Source: Camelus ferus
Lineage: Eukaryota
Length of the DNA: 64,000 nucleotides
Direction: 5' to 3'
Assembly: GCF_009834535.1 (NCBI RefSeq)
Contig: NC_045708.1
Coordinates: forward strand, 11,408,001 to 11,472,000
Shown here one piece after another: positions 1 to 12,200 of the stretch. The notes beneath the pieces were generated by a model that was not told where the DNA came from, did no database searches, and saw nothing but the letters and a program-made list of their open reading frames with translations. The translations under genes and the position numbers were made by a program. Within the stretch, counting starts at the first letter, position 1. The number at the start of each line of letters is the position of its first letter.

Positions 1-111
1 CAGCAATAGCATGTTAAGTCAAGAGGGGTGATCAGATTTAAAGCTTTCTAAGGCTGCTGGATTATTTTGGAGGAGAGTGAATGCAGTGATTATTACATAT
101 GCTTTTTAGGA

Positions 112-318
112 CAGAGGTCTGCAGACTATGACTCTAGGGCTAAATTAGGCCCAGTGCTTGTTTTTATAAATAAAGTTTTATTGGCACACAGCCATGCCCA
201 TTCCTTTATGTATTGTCTGTGGCTGTTTCCATGAGTGGTTGCCGCAGAGACAGTATGGCTCACAGAGCCTAAAACATTTACTGCTGGGCACTTTGTAGCA
301 AATGTTTGCAGATGCCTG
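112..318. mobile_element. MER58A-like hAT-Charlie MITE
   Basis: Matches the recalled consensus (tttttataaataaagttttattggcacacagccatgcccattc...gagcctaaaacatttact), with cag...ctg termini. Confidence 0.8.
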
Positions 319-559
319 CTTTTAGGTTTTTAACTACTGAAAATACAGAAATAGAGGATATAACATTTAAACAAACTGAGGGGGACAAAAGCATGAGGAG
401 AAAACTCAATCCAAAAGAAATGAAAAAAAGAAAAATTTTAAAGGAGATCAAGATAATAGAAAGTACAAAGACGGCAGAAGTAAGTCCAAATGCTTCTAGT
501 CACTGCCCGATTCTCTGCTTCCATTTCAGCAAAGCCCTGCCGAGGTGGCTTCATGCATA

Positions 560-1990
560 GTCTCCACACCTCGCCTCTCCTCTCTTTTCTCAAAACACTG
601 CAGTGAAGTGCTTGTTCCCATGACCTACTGTCTCAGCTCTGGTCAAGGGTACCAATAATTTCCACATTAGTAAGCCCAATTGTCGAGAGTTTTCCAACTG
701 GAGTCCCATGTGTGGAAGGGTCTCAGATGCCCAGATGTGGGTTCTCTCTGCTCTTGGGGCATTGGGCAGGGCCAGGGGTGGCTGGAAGTCTCAAGTCGGT
801 CACCTGCATCCTTGACAGCCTTGTCTGTTTCCCTGGGAGGCACACAAATATTGGTGTTTTCTGTGTATCCCATCACATGGAAAACGCTGGGAGGCTTGGT
901 TAGGTCTGTCTTCAGTCCTTTCCTTAGACTCATCTGCAGCCTTCCGCAGCTGATCATGCCTCTTTTGGGGACCCTTTCTCTTCTGGGTCGTGCCCACCTT
1001 TTCTTGGTTTTCCTCTTACCTCCCTGGCTGCTCCTTCTCATCTCCTTCCTTCTCCCCAACCTCTAATGGTTGGAGGACTCCAGGATGTGGTCCCTGGGCC
1101 TCGTCTCTCTCCAGTCCACAGCCCCTAGCACTCTCACCCAGACTCTGGCTTCAAAACTGCCCTACAACTCCCACATTTGTATCTCCGGCCCAGCCCTCAT
1201 CTCTGAACTCCAGTGGGATCGTCCAGTCCCCTCCACGTGTCACCTCTTGAGGGTCTAATTGGCACTTCAGTCTCAACTCCTGTGAACCCATCCTCCTGGT
1301 TTGCAGTCCCACAACCCTGCGCCTCCCCCTAGAGTCCCCATCCCAATCAGCGGCAGCTCCACGCTGCTGATTGCTTACATCACAAACGTGGCGTCATCTT
1401 TGGTTCCTCGCTTTCACTCATACCCCACATTTACTCCATCGGTGACCTCTGTTGGATCTGCCTCCAAAAAAAAGTTTCAAGCTGACCACTTTTTACCTGC
1501 TCCACTGCTTGTTTCTGGCTGAGATTATTAGCGCTGTCTCCAGCTGGTCTCTCTGCTTCCACTGCTGCCTCCCTGTAATCTGTGGTCAGAAAAGCATCCG
1601 GAGGAATTCTGTTGAAACGTGGAGCAAATCATGACTCTTCTCTGCTTAAATTCTCCCAATGATGCCTCATCTCACTCACATGAGTGAGACCCTTCCTTTG
1701 GCCTTCAAGGTCAACACGATTCTACCTTGTACTTTTCTGACCTCATCTCCTAGTACCTTGGCCCCTTCCCCCCACCCCTTGGCCACATGGGTCTCCCAGC
1801 AGGTCCCTGAGCATACCAACCAAGCTCCTGTCTTGGGGCTTTTGCACATTCTGTTCCCCTTCCTGACACTTGGACCCTCCACATGTCCACATTGCTTGTT
1901 CCCTCGCTTCCTTCAGGTCCCCACTCAAGTGTCACTCTGCTAGAGGGGCTTCTGGGCCCCTGGATAATACAATGACCTTGCCCTGTTCTA
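560..1990 (+). mobile_element. Degenerate LINE-2 (L2) ORF2/3' remnant
   Basis: L2-type phrases (ctctggtcaagggtaccaataat, cccacatttgtatctccggcccagccctcatctctgaactccag, gggcttttgcacattctgttccc). Confidence 0.65.
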
Positions 1991-3094
1991 TGGCGTTGAT
2001 GACCACATCTTAGCATTGATATTGGCCTGGATCACCTGGCTGTGTGTGACTGGCACCTTAGGCTCCTCACTAGGCTGGGAGGTTTAGGGGTGCTCCCTAT
2101 ATGGTCTCTACTTACACCCTGGGAATGGGGGTTGGCCTCATTACCCTGAATGGTAGTGGAAGTCCTGACCCTCTTCTAGACTTCCCCTGACACTGCCCCA
2201 TAAGGAGGAGCCCCCTGTTCCTGCCGGGTGCTGGGAGACCAGGCCCCCTCACACGGTCTCCTCTGGTATCGCAGCATCAGGGAGGCACGTCGTTAACTCC
2301 CAGTGAAAATGCAAGTCCTGGCTCCTCTGATTCCTCTGACAGTGGCACAGCGGAGCCGTTGGGGCACCTTATTACAGTCTGACAGAGATGGGGGTCAAGG
2401 TCCCCTACTCACCCTTTGCTGGCACGGTAAGCCTGGGGTCACAGTTTTTTCTATGCTGTTTGGCTGGAATAGGTGGTTATTGTCTCAAAGTTTCCTGTCT
2501 TACTCAGCTACCCCTTTCCTGGTCACTTGGCCAAAGAGTGCAGGGTTTTGTGGGGCTTTTTGGTCTCATGTTTCTGGGTTGCTGGCTTCTCCAGTGCTCA
2601 GTCTGGGATATACAGTCATAAAGAAAACTCAGGGAACTCAGCTTTGTATATTTTGAACTTACGTTGTTAAACCATACAAGTTCAGAATTGTTCCAGCTTT
2701 CCAATGTGTTGAACATTGTAACATTATGTAGTAACCCCTTTATTATTACATTTATTAATAACGTACATTATATATTTACTGATAATATATTTATTTATAT
2801 ACTTATAGAGAATTATGTATATTAATATTAACTATGAGGTTAATTAATAATTACATGATTTCATATATAATGTATATATACATTATACATGTATTGATGA
2901 AATAAAAATTCATATTCTAAAGCAAGTCAAGAAAAATTTAAATATAAAAAATTTTCTCTGCCTTTTGGCCTCCTCTCCCCTTTACTGTGCGTGTGTATCT
3001 GCGTTACACATCAAACAGGCCTCCCCAGCAGCAGAAATACCTGCTCGACTATAAAGAACAACATTCTCCTAGCACCAGCAAAATAACTCCTTAA

Positions 3095-3590
3095 AAAGAA
3101 AGTTGTGGTATATAAATACAATGGAATACTACTCGGCCATAAAAAAGAATAAAATAATGCCATTTGCAGCAACATGGATGGACCTGGGGATCATCATTCT
3201 AAGTGAAGTAAGTCAGAAAGTGAAAGAAAAATACCATATGATATCACTTATATGTGGAATCTAAAAAAAAAAAGACACAAATGAACTTATTTACAAAACA
3301 GAAACAGACTCACAGACATAGAGAACAAACTTATGATTACTGGAGGCAGGGTTGGGGGAAGGGGTTGGGAAAGGATAAATTGGGAGTTTGAGATTTGCAG
3401 ATACTATCATATATAAGATAGATTAAAATAGATAAACAACAAGTTTATACTGTACAGCACAGGGAACTATATTCAATATCTTGTAGTAACCTATTATGAA
3501 AAAGAATATGAAAACGAATATATGTACATGTATGTATGACTGAACTATTATGCTGTACACCAGAAACTGACACATTGTAAACTGACTACA
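3095..3590 (+). mobile_element. L1 3' end, cetartiodactyl/camelid-type
   Basis: End of ORF2 plus 3' UTR: caatggaatactactcggccataaaaaagaataaaataatgccatttgcagcaacatggatggacc...cacagggaactatattcaatatcttgtagtaacc. Confidence 0.85.
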
Positions 3591-5180
3591 CAAAAATCAG
3601 TAACAGAAAGATAATAGGAAAATCTCCAAATGCTTAGAAATTAAATGATATGCTCCTAAATGATACATGGGACAAAGAGGAGCTCTCAGGGAAATTAAAA
3701 AATACATTAAACTGAATGAAAATGGAAATGCATCATATCAAAATACATGATGAGAAGGAAATCTATAGCTCTAAATGCTGACATTAAAAAAGGGAAAAAG
3801 TCTCAAATCAATATTCTAGGCACCCACCTTAAGAAATTAGAAAAAGAAGAACAAAAACAAAATAAAACAACAACAACAAAAAAGCAAAACCCACAAAGCA
3901 AGCAGAAGGAAGGAAAAAAAAATAAGGAGAGGAGCAAAATCAAAGCAATTGAAAACAGAAGAACAAGAGGGAAAAGCAATTAGACAAAAACCTGATTCTT
4001 TGAAAAGATCAAATGACAGAGAGAGTGAGTGAGAAAGACACAAATGATCAATATGAGGAATGAAACCAGTGATACGAGATCTGCAGACATCAAAGAATGA
4101 TAAGGGAACACCACAAACAACTCCACACACTTAAATTGGAAAACTTGAATGAAATGGATCACTTTCTTGAAAAACACTAATAACAGAAATTCACCCAATA
4201 TGCAATAGGCAATTTGAATAGCCCTGTATCTATTAAAGACATGGAATTCACAATTTAGAAATTCCTGAAAAAGACATTTCCAGGCTCAGATGGTTTCACT
4301 GGATCCTACCAAATTGTTGAATAATGAACACCAATTCTATACAATCTCTTCCAGAAAACAGAAGAGGAGAGGTCCTTCCTCAGTTCATTTTGTGAAGCTA
4401 GTGCTAATATCAACATACAGGCAACCAAAATGGATTGACATCTAAGAGCTGGAAAAATCTACTCTTAGAGTGGAAGATATTATGGATAAACTGATGGATA
4501 AACCAGCCCCCTGCCCCCAAATCAGTAGTCAGTAGAAGATTTGACAAACACCAATAATGAGCTCCATCCAACCAACATTGGTGCAACCTGCATCAACCAT
4601 GGACAAACACATTCCACTCAAGCACTGTGAACATATGTAAAAACTGACTGTGAATCCTGGCCGTAAAGCAAGTCTCAACAAAATCGAAATAAATCGGACC
4701 ATCCTGACCACATCCTCTGACTCAGAAGCGATTAACTTAAAACTCAGTCAGGATAATAAGAAAATCCCATTTGTCTGAAAAATTTAAAAAGTCATTTAAA
4801 GAACTCACTGATCAAAAGAGACGGGGATGGAAATTCTGAACTGAACAATAGCAAAAAGACAACTTATGAAAACCCAGGGACTTAGCTGAAATGGCTCTTA
4901 GAACAAATCTTAAATGGTTGCGGAAGGAAACAAGAAAGGCAGGAAATGAATGAATTAAGCACTCAACTTGGGAAGTTTGAAAAATAAGATTAACCCAAGG
5001 AGAGGAAAGATAAATATAAAAGTAGGAGTTGGTAAAAAGAAATAGGATTTTTAAAAAATCCAAAAATTGGTTCTTGGAAAAGATTAGCTAAATTGGTAAG
5101 CTTCTGACAAGATTCATTGAGGAGAAAGAGAAAAGTATAAATAAAGGGATTTAATGAGAGATTCACAGGAGAGGATGAAG
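3591..5180 (+). mobile_element. Old L1M ORF2 fragments (two pieces, ~3591-4420 and ~4530-5180)
   Basis: A-rich, with L1 ORF2-like phrases (aaaatacattaaactgaatgaaaatgg, ccaggctcagatggtttcactgg, aaaattggttcttggaaaagattagc); multiple stops. Confidence 0.7.
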
Positions 5181-5489
5181 ATGTACATAGGAAACCCAAG
5201 GGAGCCACCTTGGTGCCTGCAGTGGAGAAATGGGTACCATCTCAGATCTACCGGCCTTTGAATGACCCCAGGAGGGGAGACATCCGTGTCCTGTGATCTT
5301 TGGGGAAAGCCAAGCTTATGAAGCCAAATTTCACACTCCTACTTACAAATACGCAGGACTCCAGGCCTCCAGGCCTCCAGAGAGGTGCCTGCTTCCTCAG
5401 AAGAAAGCCCCTGGCGTAGCATTCCCTTCCTCTTACACCTCCTGCCTCACTCTCCTCTTGCTGAGAGGTAAAAGAACTATCAAACTAGC

Positions 5490-5975
5490 ACAAAGCTGCA
5501 CCGAGCTGCATTTCCAAGCAGCGACACCATTTTACATCCCTACCAGCTGCATATGAGAGTTCCAGTTTCTCCACATCCTTACCAACACTTGCCATCATCT
5601 GTTTTTTTAATTTTTGATAGTAGCCATNNNNNNNNNNNNNNNNNNNNNNNNNNNNNNNNNNNNNNNNNNNNNNNNNNNNNNNNNNNNNNNNNNNNNNNNN
5701 NNNNNNNNNNNNNNNNNNNNNNNNNNNNNNNNNNNNNNNNNNNNNNNNNNNNNNNNNNNNNNNNNNNNNNNNNNNNNNNNNNNNNNNNNNNNNNNNNNNN
5801 NNNNNNNNNNNNNNNNNNNNNNNNNNNNNNNNNNNNTCCTCAGATAAGACTTGTAAGCATTGCCTCCCATTCTGCAGACTGTCTTTTCACTTTCTTGATC
5901 TTGTCCTTTGGATCACAAAAGGTTTAAATTTAAGTGAAGTCCAATTTATCTATTTTTTTCTTTAGTTGCTAAAAT
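5490..5975 (-). mobile_element. L1 ORF2 C-terminal fragment (antisense), spanning an assembly gap
   Basis: ccattttacatccctaccagc...gagagttccagtttctccacatccttaccaacacttg; cattgcctcccattctgcagactgtcttttcactttcttgat. Confidence 0.75.
5628..5836. other. Assembly gap (N run, 209 nt)
   Basis: Run of n characters. Confidence 1.
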
Positions 5976-6069
5976 TAAATGTAAATGAAAAGAAAATATA
6001 TACCAACAAATGTGAAAACCTAGAGGAAACTGGACAAATGTCTAGAAAAATGTAACTTTTCCATACAAC

Positions 6070-6260
6070 CAGTGGTGTGCTGGTAAATGCTTAACATTTG
6101 GCCTTCCAGACCAACCAAACACACACACACGCACACGCACACACACAAATCCCCTCATTTGTAGCATTTACCAATTTCTATTGTGTAAATAATACCACTC
6201 TGGCCAGTTTCAAGCTACCAATCTGACATCACTGCGTGTAGAGGCAGCTGCTAGCGCACC
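6070..6260. mobile_element. MER63-like hAT (Blackjack) fragment with an internal (CA)n
   Basis: Terminus cagtggtgtgctggtaaatg; ccagtttcaagctaccaat; (CA)n at ~6119-6147. Confidence 0.6.
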
Positions 6261-9200
6261 TCTGAGTTCTAACATGAGAATTGGAAATCTGTCATGTCTT
6301 CCTGCAAAGGACGCCCCAGCAAGCCGCCCTCCACTCTGGTAGTCACTGATGTTGCAGTTAGTGAGGGATGACCTTGACAGAGTCCCACCAGAGAGGGGCA
6401 GCTCAGGAGTTCACAACCACTCCTAGCCTGGCTCTCTTTCTAAGGACTGATACTAAGCAATGGTCCTGTCTGAACCTTTGAACCTAACCAGGCATGTGTA
6501 GAAGTATGCATCACAGGATGTTAATGACCAACTCTGGCTCAGAGAGGGCCAGCAACATGTCCAAGGTCACACAGCAAGCATATGGCAGAGTTCAGCTGGA
6601 ACCCAAGCCTCCCACTCCAGTCTTGGGACTGTGCAAGTTTGAGTCTGGCTGGTGAACTCCTTTAGCTAGGCCCCTGGGCCTCTCATGTTGCCCTGTGCTG
6701 AACTGGGGATCCCAATGGATCGCTCATACACCAAGGCCAGGTCTGACTGTCTTTATTGCTCCTCCTCAGGAAGCTTAGGGGTCTCCAAGAGCAGGTCTAT
6801 GGCTAGAGGGCGGTCAGCAAGGCCAGCTTTGAGCCATGGGGAGAGTCCACCTCCCCAGGACCAAGTCATCAGACTAAGGTTGACAGAAGGCTCTAGACAC
6901 TTTCCAGAGGAGGCAGGCATCCCCTGGGGCCCTTTCGGAGTCTGCGCGTACAATGGGGAAATAAAGCATGGGCTTTGGAGGCAGACAGAGCTGGGCTGGC
7001 AGCCCAGCTCCCCACGGGGGTGCTGCGTGACCTTGGGCAAAGCGTCTCAACATCTTTGAACCTCTGTTTCCTCTCATAAAGGTGCCTGTCTCACAACGGT
7101 GTGAGGCTCGCATGAGGTCATGCTCAAGGGCTCTCTCTGGGTCCGTATACAGGAGGTGCCCAGTACACAGCAAGTACCGCTCCTTGCCCGCTATCTCAGC
7201 AGGGCCTTTCCCCTGTGCAGGGGATCCTGCCGGCTGACCGCGTGGCGATGGGCAGGCGGGTGATATGAGTCTCTAAGCCTCACAACCCCTATCTTGGCAA
7301 ATTCCTACCATGGCCAGGACCTGGGTCAGTCCCCTCAAGGCATGCTAAGGAGGGGTGGTGTGCAGAGCCAGGAGTTGCAGGTCCAACCCCAAGGCAATCC
7401 TTGAATACCCCAAGTACAGAAGATCTTTCTGACCCCTGAGCTATTCCCACAAGGGCAGCTTGAGATGAAGAGCTGCTCCCCGTGGCCCCAGTGCTGGCAA
7501 GAGCCTTGGTCAAGGGTCAGGGGGCCAGTGGCAGGTCCGAGCTCTGCTGCTGATGTGCTGTGTGACCTTGGGCAAATCATTGCCCTTCTCTGGTCCTCAC
7601 TGTTCCCTTCTGTAAAAGGCAGGGGTTGGGCCAACTCAGCCCTGGGGTCCCTCTGGCTCTGATCGTTGGAGATTTTAAGCCTCCACCCAGCTATGGCTCT
7701 CAGAGAAGTGGCCTTGGCCAAGGCTGCACCCTAGCAGGTGTTTTCCTTGGCTCACGCAAGAGCTGTGCCCCAGGCTCCCTGGGCCAGACCAATAAACTGA
7801 GCTCATAAATGCCTGGCAGGGCAGCAGGACTCCTTCAGATAAAGTGTTTTCCAAACAGATTTGAGAAAGGTCAGCTCTGGGCAGCCCTGAGTCAGCTGTT
7901 GCGGGGCAGTGGGGCAGAGGGCTTCCAGCTGGCTGCCCAGCCCTCCCAGGCCAAGGGAGTGGGGAACCAGCTCCCTTAGTCATCCACCCCTCTTCCCTAC
8001 CTCTCTCCTTCCCTCTTTGCCTCCAGAGATAAACTTGGGCTCTGGTCCTGCCTTCCTGTGGCCTTGGCCCTGCCACTTCTCCTTCTGGGCCTCAGTTTCT
8101 CCATTTGTCAAACAGGTTCCGCAGAGCATGGCCTGTGCCTCCTCCTTCAGACTGGGGACCCCTGTTGTCCTTCTTTGTCCATCTCCGTCAAAGCCAGCAC
8201 CTAGGAGGCATGTTGTGGGCAGCTGCTGTCCGCGGGGCTGGCCCTTGGGGACCAGCGCTGGACGTCAGGGAGAAAGGAGGCCACACGTGGACTCGGGGAA
8301 GTGGAGCAGGAAGCACGGATTAAAGCAGAGCTGTGGCTCGGAATGAGGTGCCCGCCCTGCCAGGCCACGCTGGCACCGAGAGCTCAGGCAGAGGGTCAGG
8401 GTCAGGCTGGGTGACTCAGGCCTGCCCTGGGGCTGGTTGGCTCTCAGACTCAACCCAACCCTGACTGGCGTCACTGTGGGTTATTTGGAGTGGAGGGGGG
8501 GTGGTCACTGAGGCTGGGGGCACTGGGATGCTCTTAGGAAGGAGAAGTAGGGGGGTACCAGGAGGTGTGGGCCTCGCCTAGTTGCACTGAGTCCACGCTG
8601 GTCAGCGCTCTGGGATCAGCCACCCAGTCTTCTCCTTGTACAGATGTAAAGACCCAGATCGTGAAGAGGGTGCCCAAGTTTACACTGCCAGTCTGCAGGG
8701 CATTAGACATGGAGCCCTAGGCTCCGACTCCTGGCCCAGTGCCCCTTCCACTCTGCCTGCCTATTTTGTGGGAGACAGAACCCGAGCACTGCCTCCCATC
8801 TGAGGGTGGATGGAGCCCCCTATCCGCACCCCACAGTTAACACTGAGCCCCGACAACCTGGGCAAGAGTCTGGGCGCTGTCTGCGAGACTTCCCAGGCCC
8901 TCTTACCAAGGACACGTCACCTGACACTTGCCAATATCTACCCCTGAGTAAAGGCACAGCCAGAGACATGCCCTGGAGGGGTTCTGGGGTCGCAGCCTGG
9001 GAAGCCAGCTGTGAGCACAGGATCTCCTGGAAGGTTCCTGCTTAATACCTGCAGCCTGTGAGCTCCGCTCTACCGTGCAGGACTGGTGGCTTCTCTTTTT
9101 CACGCTGATTTGCAGACGCCCCTTACAAAGTCTGGATGGGGGCCCTTTGTCAGATGTACGGATTACGAGTATCTTCTCTCCTACATGGAAAATGAAATCA

Positions 9201-12200
9201 TTTGTCATCAGCTCACTCTGGGAGCATCAGTAACGAATGGGCCAAGCCCTGTTTATGCTGGGCACCGGGGTTCCCAGGTGCGTGTGATGTGACCCCGTCC
9301 TCACAGAGAGCACACCTCTAGGGGATGAGACGGACATTTAGAATGAGGAAGAAAGAAAGGCCACTTCTTCCCAGGTTAACATGATTTTCTTTACAAAAGA
9401 TCTATCAACACTTTCTTTAGAACCCAGGTAGAGTGAAAAGCAAGGTTTCCTCTTGTTTGTTTTCTGGGCTGGGTCTTTAAATCAGTAAGCCCTGCTTACA
9501 GGTACTTCCTTGACTCCCCAAGCCCCATTGGCTGAACCTCACCCGCTGACCTGTCCCCTGGGTTCTGCCCTGGTTTTGTGTGTTAATGGCTGGGAGGATG
9601 GGGAGCAGGGGTAGGGTCAGGCCCCATGAATGTTCTGCAAAGCTGGGTCCAGTTTAGAACTCCTCATCTGTCCTGGGGTCAGTGCATCCCATGTCAGGCA
9701 AAGCCAGACTCCCCCTCCCATCTGAAGGGGACTTGGGAAGCTGTGACCCAGACGAGGGACAGAGGCCAACCCTTGGAGCAAAGGGGCCAAGTGGAGGCTT
9801 TTCGAATGGGTCTGGCATGGAAGGGGGGCCGAGGCCACAGAGAAATCCATGGCCCATCAGTGCGCGGATAGTGGGGCCTTGGCAGGCTGGGGGCAGTGTG
9901 TTTAGAAGTGTGATAGCAGGCAGAGGAGGGCAGAGGATGCTGGGCAGGGTGCGAGAGGCCTGGGTTCTAGCCTGGGCCCTGCTCCCGGCCTGCCATGTGC
10001 CAACCAACTCCCGTCTCGAGGCCTCAGTCCTCTTATCTTTGAGGTGGGTGGGCAAGACGGATCTTGGTAGGTGGGTGGTGACAGTTTCCACAGCCCTTCT
10101 GATAAACCTAGAGCCTCCTTGCCAAAGACTTCATGAGATTTATCTGTTTTCTTTGGAGCCAGGCAAGGTGCCAGGCGAGCTGGGTTCCAGCCTGGGCTCT
10201 GTGGCTAGCTGCTTCGTTACCCAGAGCCAGTCACCACCCATCTCTGGGCCTCAGTCTCCCTGTCCATGACCTTCCTGCCAGCACCCTAGCAGCAGTTTAT
10301 TTAGATGAGTCATCTATGGCTCCCAGCCTCATTTTCTTCATCTGCAGAGTGGGGATAAACACAGCTACCACCTGAGAGGTGTGGCGGGGGGAGGGGTTGT
10401 CCTCAGCTCCCAGGCCAGGGGCAAAGTAAGTAATCAGCACATGCCTGGGTACAGGGAGCAGAAGACTTGGGGAAGAGACCCCGCGGGAAGCAGGAAGGCG
10501 AGAGAGGATCTTGTGGGCTCTAGGACTCCCTCCTGCTCCTCCCTCAGTGTCTCTGTGCCTTTCATTCTCTGTTTCGGTCCCTCCCTCTGTCTCCATCTCA
10601 GCCTCTCTATGCATCTTGCTGTCTTGGTCCCCGCTCTTCTCTGTGCCCCTCCTCCTCCTCACTCTCTCCCTTTGTTCTCTCTTTTCGGGCCTTCTTTGTC
10701 TGTCTCTGTTTTTCAGTCTGTTTCTGTCTGTTTTTCCGTCCCCTTTTCCCATTCTCTCTCCTCTCTGGAGGCCCTCTGGCTTCATGGAACTGCCAGGCCA
10801 GGCTGGGTAGGGAGAAGGATGCAGCTCTGCTCCCAGGTGACCTCAGGGCCCCTGAGGATGCTCAGCTTAGTGCCAGGGTCAAGGAGATAAAGGCCAGACA
10901 GCCCAAGAGCTGTGTCAAGGGATGGCCAGAACCTCTGCCTGGGGAACATGGGGGCTGCTGATTGGCTGTGGGATGGGTGGCCGTGAACTCTTGTACCTCT
11001 GTGAGTCTGGATCTTTTCATTTAAGCCAGTTTTCTCAGCCCCTGCCCCCACCGCCACCAGAGTCAAAGACATGGCCACTCTCTGTCCTCTGAAATGTGCA
11101 GTTTTGCCAGAGTGACATGGGATTGAAGCAGGTAGTTTCCCAGGGCAGCGCCTATAGGGGTCACTTAGAGAACAGAACACTCCTGGGAGCCAGAGCCATC
11201 TGGAAGGGCTTCCTGGAGGAAGCAGTCTATGAGGGACCAGGAGGGAGCCTAGCATGTCCAGGGCCCTGACCTATGCTAGGTGCTTTAGAAACTGCAGGTG
11301 AAGGAACTACCTGGGAGATGTCCGGGGGGTTGTTGTAAAGCCCAGCACCTGGGCCAGGTGTGCACGTAACAAGTCCCTTTAGGCAGATGAAGCTAAAGCA
11401 GCCCCAGAGGGGTCAGGTGGCTGCTCATGGTCATGTGGCCAGTGAATGATGGGCCAGGGCTGGACCCATGCTCTGTGCAGTGTTGGTACTGCCTGCCCAA
11501 CTGCTGACCCCCTACACACCCCTAGGGGCCCTTCCTCCCTCCCCAAGTGACCTCGGGTCTGTGGCTGGCCCACTGTGGGCTTACGACCAGTGGCAAATCA
11601 GGCAGGTAGCTTTCTGAGCGGATCTGTGAGCCCCAGGCTCCTGCTGTAGGGTTTCAGGGACTGCTGGAGGGGGAAGGGGTGATCATGTGGGATTTGAGCC
11701 CCCAGCCGGCTTGGGCCTGAGTGTCTACTCTTTAATCAGTTTTCAGTGTGACCTCCTGGACTTCCAGGTTATCTCTAAAGCCTCCCCTTGCCCTGACTTC
11801 CTAGGAGGGCACGTGTTCCCACGCCCTTACTCCAGCCATCAGGGCCCTCTCTGCCCAGGCTAGCCCCCAACCCCAGGACTCAGGCCAGGCCAAGGCCAGT
11901 GGGGACAGGATGTCCTGGCCCTGCCCTGGGAGGCCCCAGGGCCTGAAGGGTTTCCAGAGTGATGGAGTGACCTAGGCTGATGTCCATAGGACCTTAATGG
12001 TGTGAGGCAGCTGGGAACTGGGTATCTCTTGAGTTCTTCTGCCATCAGGCCTCTGTGTGGGGGTCAGAAAAGGGGTTGCTCTGGGACCAGCAGGCCAGAC
12101 CCAGGACAGCCTCACCCTTCCCAGGGCAGAAGTAGGTAAGGGGTACACGGATGCAACAGGAGAGGCTGAGGCCAGTGGCCCCCAAAGCCTATAAGTGCCA

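Noticed and set aside
9682-10269. 195-aa ORF and other 150-200-aa ORFs (10381-10890, 14308-14826, 24218-24754, 31851-32471, 32577-33164, 58778-59383)
   Set aside because: No recognisable domain. They are Pro/Gly/Ser/Leu-rich as expected for GC-rich non-coding or L2 sequence, often start at GTG/TTG, overlap on both strands and lack exon-like splice context.
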